Of a stretch of DNA of 16,995 bases, positions 15,311-16,995 are shown piece after piece (position 1 is the first letter of the stretch; every line of letters starts with the position of its first letter). The notes beneath the pieces are model-generated. The model was not told the DNA's origin and did no database searches. It saw only the letters and a program-made list of their open reading frames with translations. The position numbers and the translations under genes were made by a program. Location of the stretch: the UHGV virus genome UHGV-1578121. One strand, written 5' to 3'. Source of the DNA: a virus.

Positions 15311-15730
15311 TTAACGGGATTTTGGATAAATGCTGTTTCTGCAATTAATGCAATACCAACTCGCGGAGTATTGACCAACGGCACGCGAAAAAACCATGTG
15401 TGTTTGCACCTTATCAACTTCAAAGCATTTGGGACAGTAGGCTGTTTCATCGCCTTCTTTCCAGTAAAGTCCATCTTTGAAAGTGAAGGTGTGCTTATCC
15501 TTTAGCTGCTCTTCAAGCTGCTTATTTTTCTGTTCAGCCTCAAAAAGAAGTGCTTGGGTTGTGATTACTTCCATCTTCACACTTGCAAGTTCGCTCATGA
15601 GGTTAGCAAGCTCAAGTTTAAGCGTTGCTTTATCAAGTTCGCCGCCATCATCAGCGAGCTTCTTTGCAATACCTACAGCTTTGTCAATGATACCTACAGC
15701 CGCCGCTGTACTTGCCAACACTCCAGACAT
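15311..15730 (-). CDS. hypothetical coiled-coil protein with C-terminal CxxC...CxxC zinc-ribbon-like motif (139 aa)
   Basis: Provided ORF; RBS TTAGGGGCAAT-ATG; C-terminus CPKCFEVDKVQTHMVFSRAVGQYSASWYCINC; N-terminal half predicted helical. Confidence 0.55.
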   Translation of the reverse strand: MSGVLASTAAAVGIIDKAVGIAKKLADDGGELDKATLKLELANLMSELASVKMEVITTQALLFEAEQKNKQLEEQLKDKHTFTFKDGLYWKEGDETAYCPKCFEVDKVQTHMVFSRAVGQYSASWYCINCRNSIYPKSR

Positions 15731-15752
15731 ATTGCCCCTAATTTTAACAAGT

Positions 15753-16388
15753 TCACTTTATAAAAGCTAAAGCCCTAAGAACGGTTTTTAACCGCGTTAC
15801 CTGCTCAGGCTTTTCAAGTTCATCCAAATTAACATTAATTTTATCTAAACAGATGGCTATACGTGACATAACCTCGCCATGAATCTGCTTCAAACCTTCG
15901 CCATATTGAGTGGCAATATGGTAAGTCTGTTCTAAATTAAAACGATGGATATCTTTCTGCGTTTCATGAAATATGGTTTGAAGTTTAGCTAAGTCCTCTA
16001 AAACCTGATTATTCATTCTGAAAGTATCAACCAGACTCCTTGCTGAGCCATAACAAATAACAATTGCCTTCATTGTCTCTTCATTAACAGAAGTTAATGC
16101 AAAAGAGTTGCTTTCATAGAATGAGAAATAATTTTGAGTCAACGGAAAGATGCTTTCAAAAGGTTTACCACCTTCATAATTTTCAAGAGAATCGTAAATT
16201 CTGGCTTTATAAAGTTCCAGAAGCGTTTCGACTTCTGCTTTTATTCCAATCAAGACACTCTTTTGCTTATCCTTTGCTTCATTAAATGAAGCTCTGTCTT
16301 GCCTACGTCCATCGATCAGAGTACCCCACAGGGTGAACAATCCCCCTATCAAGGCACCAACTAAACCAGAAATCAGTTCACTTCCCAT
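15753..16388 (-). CDS. hypothetical membrane-anchored protein (211 aa from ATG 16388; ORF-track version starts at TTG 16403)
   Basis: RBS TTAGGGGGCAAC-ATG; N-terminal hydrophobic helix SELISGLVGALIGGLFTLWGTLI followed by a soluble domain; no recognised motif. Confidence 0.55.
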   Translation of the reverse strand: MGSELISGLVGALIGGLFTLWGTLIDGRRQDRASFNEAKDKQKSVLIGIKAEVETLLELYKARIYDSLENYEGGKPFESIFPLTQNYFSFYESNSFALTSVNEETMKAIVICYGSARSLVDTFRMNNQVLEDLAKLQTIFHETQKDIHRFNLEQTYHIATQYGEGLKQIHGEVMSRIAICLDKINVNLDELEKPEQVTRLKTVLRALAFIK

Positions 16389-16403
16389 GTTGCCCCCTAA
16401 CAA

Positions 16404-16964
16404 TCATTTTTGACGGCAATGATCCCATTGCTCAGTAGTCCTTGCAACTCGATCACTGATTGCAAAGTTATTCAGCAACGAATCATAAGCGTACACTTTG
16501 CTTTTATCATCTGCTGTCATCAACTTACCATCAGGTTTCAACTTTGGCGAAAGCAAGTATGTACCGTTTAAACGGTTAGCTTTGAAGCTATCAACATGCA
16601 ACGTTACTTCAGCACTTCCCAGCACACGTAAAGAACCTATTCTACCATTCTGTACTGCTGCAATAGCGTACTGACAGAGATAGGTTTTCGCAGTTGAAGC
16701 TGTGTTTTTTCCCTCAACCTTCGCTGATGGGGAATGTGAAGAGGAGTTAGGGATTGAACTATGAAGAGAAGATGATGGGTAAGAGTAAGAATAATTTTTA
16801 TACGCAGAAGAGGTGCTTGATCCAATCCTGCACGTTTTTCCAACCGCAATGCACGAATTACCGCATGGTATACCTTTCTTGCAGTTCTTCGCGTATGTAG
16901 AGAACGACAACCCAGCTAATAGAAATGTACCAATGGTTATCCTAACCAGCGAAGACCAACCCAT
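16404..16964 (-). CDS. hypothetical secreted protein (186 aa): signal peptide, Cys-rich knot (C-x5-C-x3-C-x6-C), Ser/Tyr-rich linker, C-terminal domain
   Basis: Strong GAAGGGGGGG RBS; N-terminus MGWSSLVRITIGTFLLAGLSFSTYA is signal-peptide-like; low-complexity SSTSSAYKNYSYSYPSSS linker. Confidence 0.55.
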   Translation of the reverse strand: MGWSSLVRITIGTFLLAGLSFSTYAKNCKKGIPCGNSCIAVGKTCRIGSSTSSAYKNYSYSYPSSSLHSSIPNSSSHSPSAKVEGKNTASTAKTYLCQYAIAAVQNGRIGSLRVLGSAEVTLHVDSFKANRLNGTYLLSPKLKPDGKLMTADDKSKVYAYDSLLNNFAISDRVARTTEQWDHCRQK

Positions 16965-16995
16965 AACCCCCCCTTCTTTTTAGTTTTTCCCTACA

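Overview
This window reads as a junction between two integrative mobile elements sharing one tRNA-derived attachment core; all product calls come from reading the translations and from recalled family hallmarks, with no database search run. Left arm (1-3476, all minus strand): a P4/CP4-57-type island end with a tyrosine integrase, an AlpA-like regulator, two Rha-like phage regulators and a partial ORF running off the window. At 3534-3662 there is a 10-bp-phased array of seven GTAGA repeats followed by a 22-nt copy of a tRNA 3' end (T-loop, acceptor stem, CCA; tRNA-Gly-like from memory). Right of it (3748 onward) lies a second, AT-richer element: its own divergent tyrosine integrase, then a convergent minus-strand block of a 613-aa tape-measure-like protein, a small HTH protein, a lambda E-like major capsid protein and a D-like decoration protein, with no terminase or portal nearby. 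Further right are an intrinsic terminator, an ORF-poor 0.8-kb region, an operon of small translationally coupled acidic proteins, a lambda-O-like HTH protein and an RHH-like ORF. The most unusual part is a 1.9-kb AT-rich non-coding region (12536-14517) full of direct repeats, phased T-tracts and clustered GATC sites, abutting a short FimB/FimE-like tyrosine recombinase and a three-gene operon of uncharacterised secreted/membrane/zinc-ribbon proteins. I consider the orphan-capsid satellite-like element and the repeat-laden region with its recombinase and cargo operon the best candidates for an undescribed system.
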